Source: Oikopleura dioica
Lineage: Eukaryota; Animalia; Chordata
Assembly: GCA_907165135.1 (NCBI GenBank)
Contig: OU015568.1
Coordinates: forward strand, 16,131,208 to 16,195,207
Direction of reading: 5' to 3'
Length of the DNA: 64,000 nucleotides
Each line of letters opens with the position of its first letter. Positions within the stretch are counted from its first letter, which is position 1. The notes under the pieces are model-generated. The model did no database searches, was not told the DNA's origin, and was given only the letters and a program-made list of their open reading frames with translations. This document shows positions 20,091 through 33,189 of the stretch, in pieces. The position numbers and the translations under genes are program-made.

Positions 20091-22970
20091 TTATTTTAAT
20101 CGATTCGATTTAATGGAATGTTAATAGTGATGAATAGCCAAAAAAGTGAGGTAAATGTCAATGAAAAAATTCAGTGTATAAGCAGGGTTTTTGGGCCCGG
20201 GAGGGCCGCGCGCGCGATTGGCTGAAAATGGCTAATTCTCTTCTTCTGTTTCCGCGGTTTGCGCTTCAGCGACGGCTATCTTCTATGTTATGGGGGCTCT
20301 ATGGGGTACATAAACGTCGACTGTTCCATCATTGCTACGAAATAAGCTCCGGTAACGTTTGTCAACATTTATTTTTAGGGGATTGAGAATACTTGCTTTT
20401 TTCCGCGATTGTTTGGTCGATGAAGCTGGATTTTTCGTCGTCGTTTTCTTCATGAAACTTTTTTTCTATGTTATTAAGGGAGCTCTACGGGGTTCATAAA
20501 CGTCGACTGTAACATCACTGCTACCAAATAAGCACCGGTTACGATAGTCAACATTTATTTTGAGGGGGGTGTGAATACTTGCTATTTTCCGCGGTTGTTT
20601 GGTTGATGGAGCTGGTTTGTGAATGTCGCCATCTAAATGAACGTTATTTTCTGTGTGTAAAAAAATTTTGGGGTTTCTATGGGGTGCATAAACGTCGACT
20701 GTTCCATCATTGCTACGAATCTAGCACCGGTAACGTTTGTCAACGTTTATATCTAGGGGTTACGAATACTTGCTATTTTCCGCGGTTGTTTGGTTGATCG
20801 AGCTGGTTTCGTTTTCGTCGTCATCTAAATGAAGGTTATTTTCTGTGGTATATAAATTTTGGGGGCTCTATGGGGTGCATAAACGTCGACTGTTCCATCA
20901 TTGCTACGAATCTAGCACCGGTAACGTTTGTCAACGCTTATATCTAGGGGTTAAGAATACTTGCTATTTTCCGCGGTTGTTTGGTTGATCGAGCTGGTTT
21001 CGTTTTCGTCGTCATCTAAATGAAGGTTATTTTCTGTGGTATATAAATTTTGGGGGCTCTATGGGGTGCATAAACGTCGACTGTTCCATCATTGCTACGA
21101 ATCTAGCACCGGTAACGTTTGTCAACGTTTATATCTAGGGGTTAAGAATACTTGCTATTTTCCGCGGTTTTTTGGTTGATCGAGCTGGTTTCGTTTTCGT
21201 CGTCATCTAAATGAAGGTTATTTTATGTTTGTTTAAAAAATTTTGGGGGCTCTATGGGGTGCATAAACGTCGACTGTTCCATCATTGCTACGAATCTAGC
21301 ACCGGTAACGTTTGTCAACGTTTATTTTTAGGGGGTGTGAATACTTGCTATTTTCCGCGGTTGTTTGGGTGATGGAGCTGGTTTGTTGTTGTCGCCATCT
21401 AAATGAACGTTATTTTCTATGTGTAAAAAAATTTTGGGGTTTCTAAGGGGTGCATAAACGTCGACTGTTCCATCATTGCTACGAATCTAGCACCGGTAAC
21501 GTTTGTCAACGTTTATATCTAGGGGTTAAGAATACTTGCTATTTTCCGCGGTTGTTAGGTTGATCGAGTTGGTTTCGTTTTCGTCGTCATCTAAATGAAG
21601 GTTATTTTCTGTGTGTAAAAAAATTTTTGGGGGCTCACGGGGTACATAAACGTCGACTGTTCCATCATTGCTACGAATCTAGCACCAGTAACGTTTGTCA
21701 ACGTTTATTTTTAGGGGGTTTGAGAATACTTGCTATTTCCGCGGTCGTTTGGTCGATGGAGCTGGTTTCGTTTTCGTCGCTTTCTAAATGATGGTTATTT
21801 TCGGTCTGTTTGTGAATTTTGGGGGCTCACGGGGTACATAAACGTCGACTGTTCCATCATTGCTACGAATTTAGCACCGGTAACGTTTGTCAACGTTTAT
21901 TATTAGGGGTTGAGAATACTTGCTATTTTCCGCGGTTGTTAGGTTGATCGAGTTGGTTTCGTTTTCGTCGTCATCTAAATAAAGGTTATTTTCTGTGTGT
22001 AAAAAAATTTTTGGGGGGTCTACGGGGTGCATAAACGTCGACTGTTCCATCATTGCTACGAATCTAGCAGCGGTAACGTTTGTCAACGTTTATTTTTAGG
22101 GGGTGAGAATACTTGCTATTTTCCGCGGTTGTTAGGTTGATCGATTTGGTTTCGTTTTCGTCGTCATCTAAATGAAGGTTATTTTCTGTGTGTTTATGAA
22201 TTTTTGGGGGCTCTACGGGGTACATAAACGTCGACTGTTCCATCATTGCTACGAATCTAGCACCGGTAACGTTTGTCAACGTTTATTTCTAGGGGGTGAG
22301 AATACTTGTTATTTTCCGCGGTCAATTGGTCGATGAAGCTGGTTTCAATTTCGTTGTTTTCTAAATGAAGGTTATTTTCGGTGTGTTTATGAATTTTGGG
22401 GGCTCACGGGGTACATAAACGTCGACTGTTCCATCATTGCTACGAATCTAGCACCGGTAACGTTTGTCAACGTTTATTTTTAGGGGGTTTGAGAATACGT
22501 GCTATTTCTGCGGTCGTTTGGTCGATGGAGTTGGTTTCGTTTTCGTCGTCATCTAAATGAAGGTTATTTTCTGTGTGTAAAAAAATTTTTGGGGGGTCTA
22601 CGGGGTGCATAAACGTCGACTGTTCCATCATTGCTACGAATCTAGCACCGGTAACGTTTGTCAACGTTTATTTTTAGGGGGTGAGAATACTTGTTATTTT
22701 CCGCGGTCGATTGGTCGATGAAGCTGGTTTCAATTTCGTTGTTTTCTAAATGAAGGTTATTTTCGGTGTGTTTATGAATTTTTGGGGCTCACGGGGTACA
22801 TAAACGTCGACTGTTCCATCATTGCTACGAATCTAGCACCGGTAACGTTTGTCAACATTTATTTTTAGGGGGTGAGAATACTTGCTTTTTCCGCGGTCGA
22901 TTGGTCGATGGAGCTGGTTTCGTTTTCGTTGTTTTCTAAATGATGGTTATTTTCTGTGTTTTGAATTTAA

Positions 22971-23634
22971 GGGATCCCCCCTCCGTTTTCGTCATTTTCA
23001 ACGGCGAATTTCTTTTTTCTGGGCTTACAATTTTATGCTTGCAATAGTGCAAATGAAAGCTCGTTCATTTAGGTTTATTCTCTAGTACAGAGATAAAAAT
23101 CCATAGACGCAATTCTACCACAGGGGGCCTTGAAGTTTGTGTATTTTGAAAAAACGCTGTTTTTGGCCATTTTCACCGGCAAACTACTTTTTTTAGAGCT
23201 TAGCTAGAATTAAGCGGAGTTTAAATTCAGAAAGAGTAAAGCTTAATCTTAAAACTCTAGTACAGAGAAGTCATTTGGTCTAGTAAATAAAATTTTCTTT
23301 TAAACGACCTAGTGTACCCATATTTTGCGTTTTTTGGTTTTTTTTTGCTCTCTAGCGCCAACATTAGGCCGAAATTTCTAGTTCGGTTATTTTTATTAAG
23401 GAAGTTTTAAGCTTTCGAAAGACCCCTTGTATGTCTTATTTCGATGACATTGAAAAACCGAAAAAATTCCGACAAATTTCATGCATTTTTGAAATTTTTG
23501 AAGGCTAAAATTCTGAGGAAAGATGTTCATAAGGGGATCATATGATACATCAAAATGATCCTTAGAACACGAGGAATCTGAAAATATCAAATTAAGACCC
23601 TTATCCAGTTATTAAAAAGACAGGGAGAAATCCC
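22971..23634. mobile_element. Kolobok-like non-autonomous element in satellite (copy A)
   Basis: TTAA TSD at 22967-22970 and 23635-23638, GGGAT...ATCCC termini, 664 bp. Confidence 0.85.
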
Positions 23635-24780
23635 TTAAGGGACTCTACGAGGTACATAAACGTCGACTGTTCCATCATTGCTACGAATTTAGCACCGGTA
23701 ACGTTTGTCAACGTTTATTTTTAGGGGTTGAGAGTACTTGCTATTTTCCGCGGTTGTAAGGTCGATCGAGTTGGTTTCGTTTTCGTCGTCATCTAAATGA
23801 AGGTTATTTTCTGTGTGTTTATGAATTTTTGGGGCTCACGGGGTACATAAACGTCGACTGTTCCATCATTGCTACGAATTAAGCACCGGTAACGTTTGTC
23901 AACGTTTATTTTTAGGGGTTGAGAATACTTGCTATTTTCCGCGGTTGTTAGGTTGATCGAGTTGGTTTCGTTTTCGTCGTCATCTAAATGAAGGTTATTT
24001 TCTGTGTGTAAAAAAATTTTTGGGGGGTCTACGGGGTGCATAAACGTCGACTGTTCCGTCATTGCTACGAATCTAGCACCGGTAACGTTTGTCAACGTTT
24101 ATTTCTAGGGGGTGAGAATACTTGTTATTTTCCGCGGTCGATTGGTCGATGAAGCTGGTTTCAATTTCGTTGTTTTCTAAATGAAGGTTATTTTCGGTGT
24201 GTTTATGAATTTTGGGGGCTCACGGGGTACATAAACGTCGACTGTTCCATCATTGCTACGAATCTAGCACCGGTAACGTTTGCCAACGTTTATTTTTAGG
24301 GGGTTTGAGAATACTTGCTTTTTCCGCGGTCGTTTGGTCGATGGAGCTGGTTCTGTTTTCGTCGTTTTCTAAATGACGGTTATTTTCTGTGTTATGAATT
24401 TAAGGGGCTCTACGGGGTTCATAAACGTCGACTGTTCCATCATTGCTACGAATCTAGCACCGGTAACGTTTGTCAACGTTTATTTTTAGGGGGTTTGAGA
24501 ATACTTGCTATTTCCGCGGTCGTTTGGTCGATGGAGCTGGTTTCGTTTTTGTCGTTTACTAAATGAAGGTTATTTTCTGTGTTATGACTTAAGGGGCTCT
24601 ACGGGGTTCATAAACGTCGACTGTTCCATCATTGCTACGAATCTAGCACCGGTAACGTTTGTCAACGTTTATTTTTAGGGGGTGAGAATACTTGCTATTT
24701 CCGCGGTCGTTTGGTCAATGAAGCTGGTTTCGTTTTCGTCGTTTTTTAAATGAACGTTTTTTTCTGTGTTTTGAATTTAA

Positions 24781-25444
24781 GGGATCCCCCCTCCGTTTTC
24801 GTCATTTTCAACGGCGAACTTCTTTTTTCTGGGCTTACAATTTTATGCGTGCAATAGTGCAAATGAAAGCTTGTTCATTTCGGTTTATTCTCTAGTACAG
24901 AAATAAAAATCCATAGACGCAAACCTACCACAGGGGGGCGCTGAAGTTTGTGTATTTTGAAAAAACGCTGTTTTTGGCCATTTTCACCGGCAAACTACTT
25001 TTTTAGAGCTTAGCTAGAATTAAGCGGAGTTTAAATTCAGAAAGAGTAAAGCTTAATCTTAAAACTCTAGTACAGAGAAGTCATTTGGTCTAGTAAATAA
25101 AATTTTCTTTTAAACGACCTAGTGTACCCATATTCTGCGTTTTTGGTTTTTTTTTTCTCTCTAGCGCCAATATTAGACCGAAATTTCTAGTTCGGTTATT
25201 CTTATTAAGGAAGTTTTAAGCTTTCGAAAGACCCCTTGTATGTCTTATTTCGATGACATTGAAAAACCGTAAAAAATTCCGACAAATTTCATGCATTTTT
25301 GAAATTTTTGAAGGCTAAAATTCTGAGGAAAGATGTTCATAAGGGGATCATATGATACATCAAAATGATCCTTAGAACACGAGGAATCTGAAAATATCAA
25401 ATTAAGACCCTTATCCAGTAATTGAAAAAACAGGGAGAAATCCC
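24781..25444. mobile_element. Kolobok-like non-autonomous element in satellite (copy B)
   Basis: TTAA TSD, 664 bp, near-identical to copy A and with the same flanking monomer variant. Confidence 0.85.
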
Positions 25445-26441
25445 TTAAGGGACTCTACGAGGTACATAAACGTCGACTGTTCCATCATTGCTACAAATCA
25501 AGCACCGGTAACGTTTGTCAACGTTTATTTTTAGGGAAGAGAATACTTGCTTTTTTCGCGATCGATTGGTGGATGAAGCTGGTTTCGTTTTCGTCGTTTT
25601 CTAAATGATGGTTATTTTCGGTCTGTTTGTGAATTTCGGGGGCTCACGGGGTACATAAACGTCGACTGTTCCATCATTGCTACGAATCTAGCACCGGTAA
25701 CGTTTGTCAACGTTTATTTCTAGGGGGTGAGAATACTTGTTATTTTCCGCGTCGATTTGTCGATGAAGCTGGTTTCAATTTCGTTGTTTTCTAAATGAAG
25801 GTTATTTTCGGTGTGTTTATGAATTTTGGGGGCTCACGGGGTACATAAACGTCGACTGTTCCATCATTGCTACGAATCTAGCACCGGTAACGTTTGTCAC
25901 TGTTTATTTTTAGGGGGTGAGAATACTTGCTATTTTCCGCGGTTGTTTGGTTGATCGAGTTGGTTTCGTTTTCGTCGTCATCTAAATGAAGGTTATTTTC
26001 TGTGTGTAAAAAAATTTTTGGGGGCTTTACGGGGTGCATAAACGTCGACTGTTCCATCATTGCTACGAATCTAGCACCGGTTACGTTTGTCAACGTTTAT
26101 TTTTAGGGGTTCAGAATACTTGCTATTTTCCGCGGTTGTTTGGTTGATGGAGCTTGTTTGTTGTTGTCGTCATTTAAATGAAGGTTACTTTTCTGGGATA
26201 TAAAATTTTTGGGGGCTCTACGGGTTGCATAAACGTCGACTGTTCCATCATTGCTACGAAACTAGCACCGCTAACGTTTGTCAACGTTTATTTGAAGGGG
26301 GTTAGAATACTTGCTATTTTCCGCGGTTTTTCGGTTGATTGAGCTGGTTTGTTGCTAGGTTAATTTATTTAATGAAGCCTAGTTGGCGAAAGAATGAGAA
26401 GTGCAAGAAGAAATATCATCGAAAATTCATGAGAGCAATTC

Positions 26442-26621
26442 GAAAATCGTTAAGGGTATCCCTTCAATCGTTGGATAAAAAAGTCAAGTTATGAGGGACC
26501 AGGGCGGACAAAGATCATTTGAAAATATTTCTCCATAAAAGATTTTTTCTGTCCTCGGCATCCCTTTTTTCTTATCTGATTTTTTAATCGAAGGATTGAA
26601 GGGACACCCTTAACGATTTTC
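26442..26621. mobile_element. Small inverted-repeat element (MITE-like)
   Basis: GAAAATCGTTAAGGGTATCCCTTCAATC ... GATTGAAGGGACACCCTTAACGATTTTC. May instead be a TTAA-flanked GG...CC element at 26454-26609; ends uncertain. Confidence 0.65.
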
Positions 26622-28823
26622 AAATAACTTCAGTCGAGCCATCTTTTGAAACAAGAAAACAAGGAAAAGTCAGAGGGTTTTCGCCCCGATATAAGGATCT
26701 TTATTAGCCGCGATGTTGCAAATTTTATTGGCCGCTAAAAGTTGTGTATTTATCCTTTATTGTGGCTCATGATACCGCGCTATTACAAGCGTTTTACGCG
26801 AAGAGGAGGAAAGCGTGTGCAAGCAGATGCATGCGCTCGCCGCCTGAAAAAGGGATCATCAAATCAAAACGCCGCGCCAAAATCAAAGTGGCGAGTTTGA
26901 GCACTTTCCGAGAATAACTGCGTTTTGAAAAAGAGGTAGACAAGTTCAAGGGCGTTATTAGGTCGGAAGAATATACAAAAACCAAGGCGATCATTCTGAG
27001 AATATGATGAAAAAGAACATGAAAAATTTTTACAGCTTCTCTTCACTATAAGACCACCCATAAATAAGACTAGAAAGTCAAAAAGGAAACATCAAAATTA
27101 AACTATGTTCTAAACATGAAAAGCTCCAACATTGAGCAGAATCATTATTTTTTAGACAATCTCAGCGGTAGTGCTCAATTGACCTTATTTTAGCAGAGAA
27201 AAAAATTCATCTCCTTTCCTGAAATTCTTGTAAATCGAATCTCTCTTCCAGCAGACAACTAGCAGTAGCTTATTAATAGTAGTATCAGTAGAGTTCCGCT
27301 ACTGTAACGATCTTCGAAACGTGACGCTTTCGATTATCCTCTCTGCTGCTAAAAGAACAAAGTTCATTTTTTTCGTTCTCTCACAGAATTCGTCATAGTT
27401 TCGTAATGACTCATCGGCTCATTCGAAATTCGCGGAAACTGGGAAGGGTCTATTTTCGTTAAAACCGTCTGATAGACTTCTGCGGAAGCCCTAGAGCAGC
27501 CGGCCAATCACCGGCCGCTCATTCGTCGACCGCATGTGACCCGACGAAATTTATTAATTTCTCTAGCTGACTCTACCTGTCATAAACTGTAACCAAGGTA
27601 CTGTTAGCAAAATGGCTCTGTCTCTCGGTAATGCCCAGAAAAAAGTTGATATGGTCGAATTTTGGATTTTTTTTTCTTAAAAATGAGCTAAATCAGAGGA
27701 AGTTCTAGCGGATGTGTGATTGGCTGAATTAGGTACAAAATCGCCCCATACTTTTTGGCAATAAATAAGAGAGGTAAACCTACTGGGGAAGAATTGGGGA
27801 AGGGGAGGAAGAGGAAAAGTGGGCGTTAGTAGTAATAGTAGTGACTGACCATTTGACAATTTTCCTGGTTCTCGATTGGATAAGAGCAGTGGAGCACTGA
27901 ACCGGAAGACTCACGGCTCAGTGCGGGGGGAAGGCCCCTCAGGGCCTTCTTGCCACACCTTCAGACATATGATGAGAGCATTTTACACCACCACCACCAG
28001 TGAATATGCACATGCATAATATGCATGCAACAAATATACACTGTAGGGCGCGGCGCTTTTTCGGCCACTCCACTGTAGCCATTTTTAACCACTTTTAATG
28101 GTCAGTCACTACTATTTTAGCTGTTTTAAACAAAAAAAATTATTTTTTTCACTCTACCCCCGTTTTAAACGCTACTTAACGCTATTCTGCTATTCCCTTA
28201 CTCTTAAATTAACTCTAACCCTAGCTAAACAACTTTCAGTGGTAGAAAATACGCTACTTGAGCGTCTGAGCTCTTTCTCTCGCGGCCCGCGGTTCAGTGC
28301 ACCAATCCCAGCGCTCGCTTTCACGCGCCGATCCACGCCCGAGGATTAGCCGCCCCTTTGTCCTCTCATCGATCCAGCTTTCCCTTCTCTCATCCGCATC
28401 TAGAACATTCGGTAAGTTTTCTCCTTCTCGAACATTCCATTTACTTTCTATTCAGCTCTGCCTGGGCCGCGCCCGCGCGTTCAGACTCAAGCCACGCCGC
28501 TGCCGCATGATTGCCACTTCTATCTTTCGCTCTCAAAAACCGTAAACCTTTTTTCTACTCAATCAAACCTACCAACTAATAAACCTCAAAATATTTGTAT
28601 TAAAATGAAACTTTATAAAATCACTTGGCTTTCTTGACGCAAGCATCTTTCGACGTTCAATTCGATTATCAAAACTTAAAAACCGTAAACCCTTTTTCAA
28701 CTGAGACCTGCCACTAACTAATAAAAAAGTTGATTATTTGTAAAATATAACTTTAAAATGAGTCTTTATTTTTCTTTATTAAAAGTTCTTAAAAAGACAT
28801 TATTATTTTTTTAAAATTTATTT

Positions 28824-28970
28824 TCAAAATGAAGCAGGGATAAGACTGGCAAAGAATAAGTTGAACTTGACAATGGCAAAGCAGGTAGCAGCGAGGAGTC
28901 CAAAAGCGCAAACCAAGGCGAAGATGTAGAAGAGGACGAGGAGAGCAAGGGCGAAGATGAGAAAATTCAT
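28824..28970 (-). CDS. Small hydrophobic protein (48 aa, one long TM stretch)
   Basis: MNFLIFALALLVLFYIFALVCAFGLLAATCFAIVKF...; ATG start. Confidence 0.45.
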   Translation of the reverse strand: MNFLIFALALLVLFYIFALVCAFGLLAATCFAIVKFNLFFASLIPASF

Positions 28971-29411
28971 TTTTGGTTTTTCAAAATTTTGATTTTTTGA
29001 TTTATGAAATTTCAGAGCTGGAGTCAACCCTTTTATACGCGCAGATGTTCATGGCCGGAAATACCAGCTGCGCTTGGTTTGATCTAGAATCTAAATTACT
29101 CTTGATAAATTGAATATCAATTTTGTGTATCTCCAATTTTACACTAGAATAAACATCAGATTCATTCGCACCTTGTTTATCAATTAAAATCAAGTGCGAA
29201 CGTTTTGTACTTGAGAAAGCGCAGCTGATTTTACCGGATATTGTTATTGTTTTATGGGCCGTTTTATCTTTCGGCAGTACTTGTCGGCGGCAGCTATTGA
29301 TACTTCTGAAGCTCCTAGTTGGCGCACCTAGCTCAGGTTTTGATATAAAAATGAGCACTTTCTTGCAACAACCATCAAATCAATCATCAAACCAACCACA
29401 ACAACAACAAA

Positions 29412-29765
29412 ATGATCGTGCCAATCGAACAAATCAAGCCAAAGAAGAAGACCATCACCAAGAAAATGGCAAACTTTTTCAAACGCCAATTCACCACCTA
29501 CCAGTATCCCGTCAAAGAGATCAACCAGAAGGCCCTCTGGATCGACACAAATACCAAGACCAACCTTGGTGCGATGACAAAGGCCTCCGTCAACTCTGTC
29601 ATGCATTGCCCACCTCCGCCGTACCCAAAATCCGTTGGATTGACAGCCTTGGCCACCAAAGAAGAACCGCCAATGTACTCGCACTTTTCCGATGAAACTT
29701 TGAAGTACGCTACAATCCGACGATCGTACTCTGTCCGCTACCGAACCGCCTCCAGATTTTACTAA
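29412..29765 (+). CDS. Basic 117-aa orphan protein with two PPxY motifs
   Basis: PPPPY and PPMY motifs. TATA-like GATATAAAA at 29342 and AATAAA near 29845. Confidence 0.6.
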   Translation: MIVPIEQIKPKKKTITKKMANFFKRQFTTYQYPVKEINQKALWIDTNTKTNLGAMTKASVNSVMHCPPPPYPKSVGLTALATKEEPPMYSHFSDETLKYATIRRSYSVRYRTASRFY

Positions 29766-29942
29766 AAAATGATCCTACTGCCGCGCATTCTTTCATGATT
29801 TCTTTCCTTGCCACTCTTTTGCTCATAATCTTATTTATCGCCAAATAAAATAGAAAAATTTCAGTTTGGTTTTTTATTTAACAAGTCAATTTTAATTTTC
29901 AACGCAGGTAAAAGCCAGGATGTGAGTATTTTTTGTTTATTT

Positions 29943-30199
29943 TTAAAAACACATTTTTGTAGAACAAGTGGAGGTCACAAAGTAATCCATGTCTTCTACT
30001 TCGTCGTCTGATTTCTCGTTCATATCCCAATTGATATGAAAGTTTTTTAATCTTCTAGCTAAATCCTCAAAAACAGAATCATCTATTATGGGAATATTTA
30101 AGGCTTGAAACAGACTTTGTTTCTGCCCGAGTTTATACTCTCCTTTATGATCTAAGCAATAAAAATCAAAATTTAATAATTAGTCTTACCTCTTTTCAT
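29943..30199 (-). CDS. Small spliced orphan ORF (~70 aa)
   Basis: ATG AAA AGA G|GTAAG...TTAG|AT gives MKRDHKGEYKLGQKQSLFQALNIPIIDDSVFEDLARRLKNF... Confidence 0.3.
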
Positions 30200-31698
30200 G
30201 TTTTCTTTATTCTGAATAAAACACGAGAATCGATCGCTTTTATAGTAATTTACTGTATTTATTCAAATATCACGACACACGAATGTTTCGCTACTTTTCA
30301 GGTGGCATTTTATTACTGTAGTTATTGCACACACGCAGGGCGTATCCTTGAGGATTCAAATGCTCAAGTTTCATTTTATTACAGTAGATATTGAATTCAT
30401 TAAAGACAGTCTTGGTTGTTCGATTTAAGTTCCATTTTAGTTCCATTTTATTTTATTGAGTTATTTGAGAAGTTAAGGAGGAAACTGGTGAGTGGATTTA
30501 TGTTTCATTTTATCAGGTATAAAGAAATCATATAGAAGATTATTAGGTATTGATAGCATTTTATAATTTATTAAAAACATATTCGGGAAAAAATGTTTGA
30601 CGCTAGAATTTAAGAATCATTTAAAAAAGTCCAAATCCATCACGAATGAAAGAAGGTGTGCAAACGTGGATCTTCTTGAGTCTAAAATCTTTAAATAAAA
30701 CATGGGCTGATTCTAAGGGCTTACCATTTTATATTTCTATCGCGTGTTTATTAAAGTTTCATTTGATAACAGGGGTGATCATCAATGTTGCAACGGCGGC
30801 AATTGAACATGCGGCTAGAATTGTTGGCACTTAAAACGCTATCATTTGTTCGAAGGAATTCTCTTACTTCCTACCATTTTAGATTTCTTAGATTAGAAGT
30901 TCATTTAATTTTAAAAAGCTCGTTCGATGTTTATATTTTTAGTTTCTTTGGCGCTCTTGGAGCCACTAAAGGGTGCTGTTTGAGGAGCTGTTTTTAGAAT
31001 CGATTTCAAAAAAGGATAGTTTTTCTAAATGACATGACAGTTTGATCATGTCCTCGAATAAGAAAACACACGAAAAATTTGCCCATTCTCTTGAGTTACT
31101 TTCGGCAGCTTGGGGAAGTCTACCCTTGTGGAACGTTCTTGCGGAAGCAGGTAAGTCGAGCGCTCAAATACATTCAATCATTCCCCAGGTTCAGTATTAT
31201 AGTTAAAAAATATTACTGGACACTAGCGAAGGTATGTCATATTATTGTTGATTGCGAAAGATGACAAGGCAACTCCAACCCTTGCTTATATTGATTTTTA
31301 AAAAATGTCATCATTTAAAACAATGCGGAGTTTTTGACACTTTCCGATATCTACACTATATCTGACGATTTACGGCCGCTATGGCGCTGATGAGAATTTA
31401 AATATGTTCTGATCAGGCGCGCTCTAGTCCATCGATGAGGGCGCAATTTTTTTCTTGCACTGAAATCTTCAATATATTCAGCAAGCTTAACTGGTTTGAT
31501 TACTTTATGCATTACTCGCTTAATAATGGCAAAATAACAATTGCCATTCTTCAGCGAGTTCTTTTTAGAAAAGCGCGGGGAAATAAAGCAGTGTGATGAT
31601 CCGGAGGCGGCGGAGTTAGCCCTTCAAAATGAACAAGGTAGCAGAGTTTATTTTTCAGTTATTCATTTTAAGTCATTTTTGAAACTCTCTCCCACGAA

Positions 31699-32415
31699 TT
31701 GCACCTTTCTCGAGAACGCCTATTACGTCTCATCGACCAGTTCTATTCGGCTAGCGCTGCAAAAGGAGACTATATGATGTTTTCGGATGGTGTTCATCGC
31801 AAACGCAGCTCGGACGACCGTGATATCCCTCAATCGCCAAGCCCGCAATCAACAACGACTTCGAACTCCGACTCCGCGTCGTCTTTATCAATAGATCATC
31901 CCATTCTAAATGATAAGGCTGATGATTTAGCTGGAGCTTTTGAAACGTTAAAAGTTGCCACGGGCAAAGATGGGCCAGAAATTAACAGTTCTCGTCGGAG
32001 ATTTGAATTTCTCAATCTTCTCAAAAAAATTGATGACAATCCTGTTGGAACTGCTTCTGCTCAAGTTTTGTATGTTTTATGTAAAACCGAAGCTGAATAC
32101 AAGGTGAAGTTCGGAATCCCTCTTACAACAAAGCAAATCTTCGAATGCAAGCGGGCTGCAAAGTTCGCTGGAAAAGATGGTGCAATATTTGACGAATTGT
32201 TTCGCAAGAGTTATGTGAAGGAGTGCAGTGAGCGGTCAAGAGGGTCCACTTCATCATCAGTGGGAAATGATGATGGTTATGTTCACGGCTCCGAAATCAA
32301 CGCTCGAAGTCTTCCCATTCATCCGCTTTCTTTTATCGGTAGAGCACTGACTGATCAAATGAATCCGATTGAAAAAGAAGACCAAAAGCCGAAGAAAGAC
32401 GAGTCGACAAACTAG
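31699..32415 (+). CDS. Orphan protein (~238 aa; true start uncertain)
   Basis: Long ORF with a Ser-rich N-part and a helical-looking core; no family recognised. Confidence 0.55.
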   Translation: MHLSRERLLRLIDQFYSASAAKGDYMMFSDGVHRKRSSDDRDIPQSPSPQSTTTSNSDSASSLSIDHPILNDKADDLAGAFETLKVATGKDGPEINSSRRRFEFLNLLKKIDDNPVGTASAQVLYVLCKTEAEYKVKFGIPLTTKQIFECKRAAKFAGKDGAIFDELFRKSYVKECSERSRGSTSSSVGNDDGYVHGSEINARSLPIHPLSFIGRALTDQMNPIEKEDQKPKKDESTN

Positions 32416-33189
32416 AATGGGCGAATTGATAGTTAAATCTTGGTTCGGTATCTTGCCAAGGCATAAAGTCAACGTTGATTTCTTATTTTATTTTTTTGTT
32501 TTTTTTACATTTAACGTTATTTTTATTTCATCTTCCGTTTACCAACTTAATATTTTTCTTTGACGTATTTTCACTTACTTGTTTCTTTTCTTGCTTATTT
32601 TCAGTGAATTAATTAGTGTTATCCTAAGTTGAACTTTTGACGCGCAGCGTAGTTTCATATTGATCTCCTCTTTGATTGCTGTATAAATATTTATAGTGAG
32701 GAAAATGTCTATACAGTAATCGTATCGATGTTTCGTTTAATCTGCCTCTAATCTATCCTACAATTAACAATATTTCCGTAAAACAGCCAGTGTGATAAAA
32801 TTTGAAATGTGAATATGAATTATTATCTTCAGTTTCAGTAAATCAAGCTTTGACTATTTTTAACAATTGAAAGAACAGTTGGACCTATCTGGTAGCCGCC
32901 AAGAAAACCTCAGTTTTTTGCTTTGTTGAAATATGAAAAGTTGAGCTAATGTAGGGATTAGTGAAAACTTTTTCTATATCAACTTTTATTTTTTTCTGTT
33001 TATTAATACAACATCAAACATACAAATTTCTAGTTACTCTTGTGTTTCTTTGCAAAAAGTGAAAAAATGTTTCTAGAAGTATTGTTTTTCTCAAGCATTT
33101 CTATATAAACGGCGGTTGCAGGCGGTTCAACTCAGTTTTGCATTTGACAGCAAAAGGCAAAGTCACTTGTGGAGTTTTTTGTTTGCGCG

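Larger units (their letters stand above)
20290..26360. repeat. Satellite DNA, ~190-192-bp monomer, 25 copies in three blocks (14+6+5)
   Basis: CATAAACGTCGACTGTTCCATCATTGCTACGAAT recurs about every 190 bp. Interrupted by two 664-bp insertions. Confidence 0.97.

Noticed and set aside
18585-25444. piggyBac assignment for the TTAA-flanked elements
   Set aside because: Termini are GG...CC, whereas piggyBac ends are CC...GG. Kolobok fits better, although no transposase is present to confirm it.
20290-26360. CRISPR-like array, or repeated small ORFs (MTNVTGARFVAMMEQ...)
   Set aside because: Whole ~190-bp monomers repeat with no unique spacers and no cas genes. The ORFs are by-products of the satellite and vary in stops.
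28195-28230. Telomere-like TAACCCT
   Set aside because: Single occurrence, not a tandem array.
29297-29695. Gln-rich ORF from ATG 29351 as a fourth overprinted gene
   Set aside because: Its ATG directly follows the TATA-like box and would lie upstream of the likely transcription start; the 29412 ORF is preferred.
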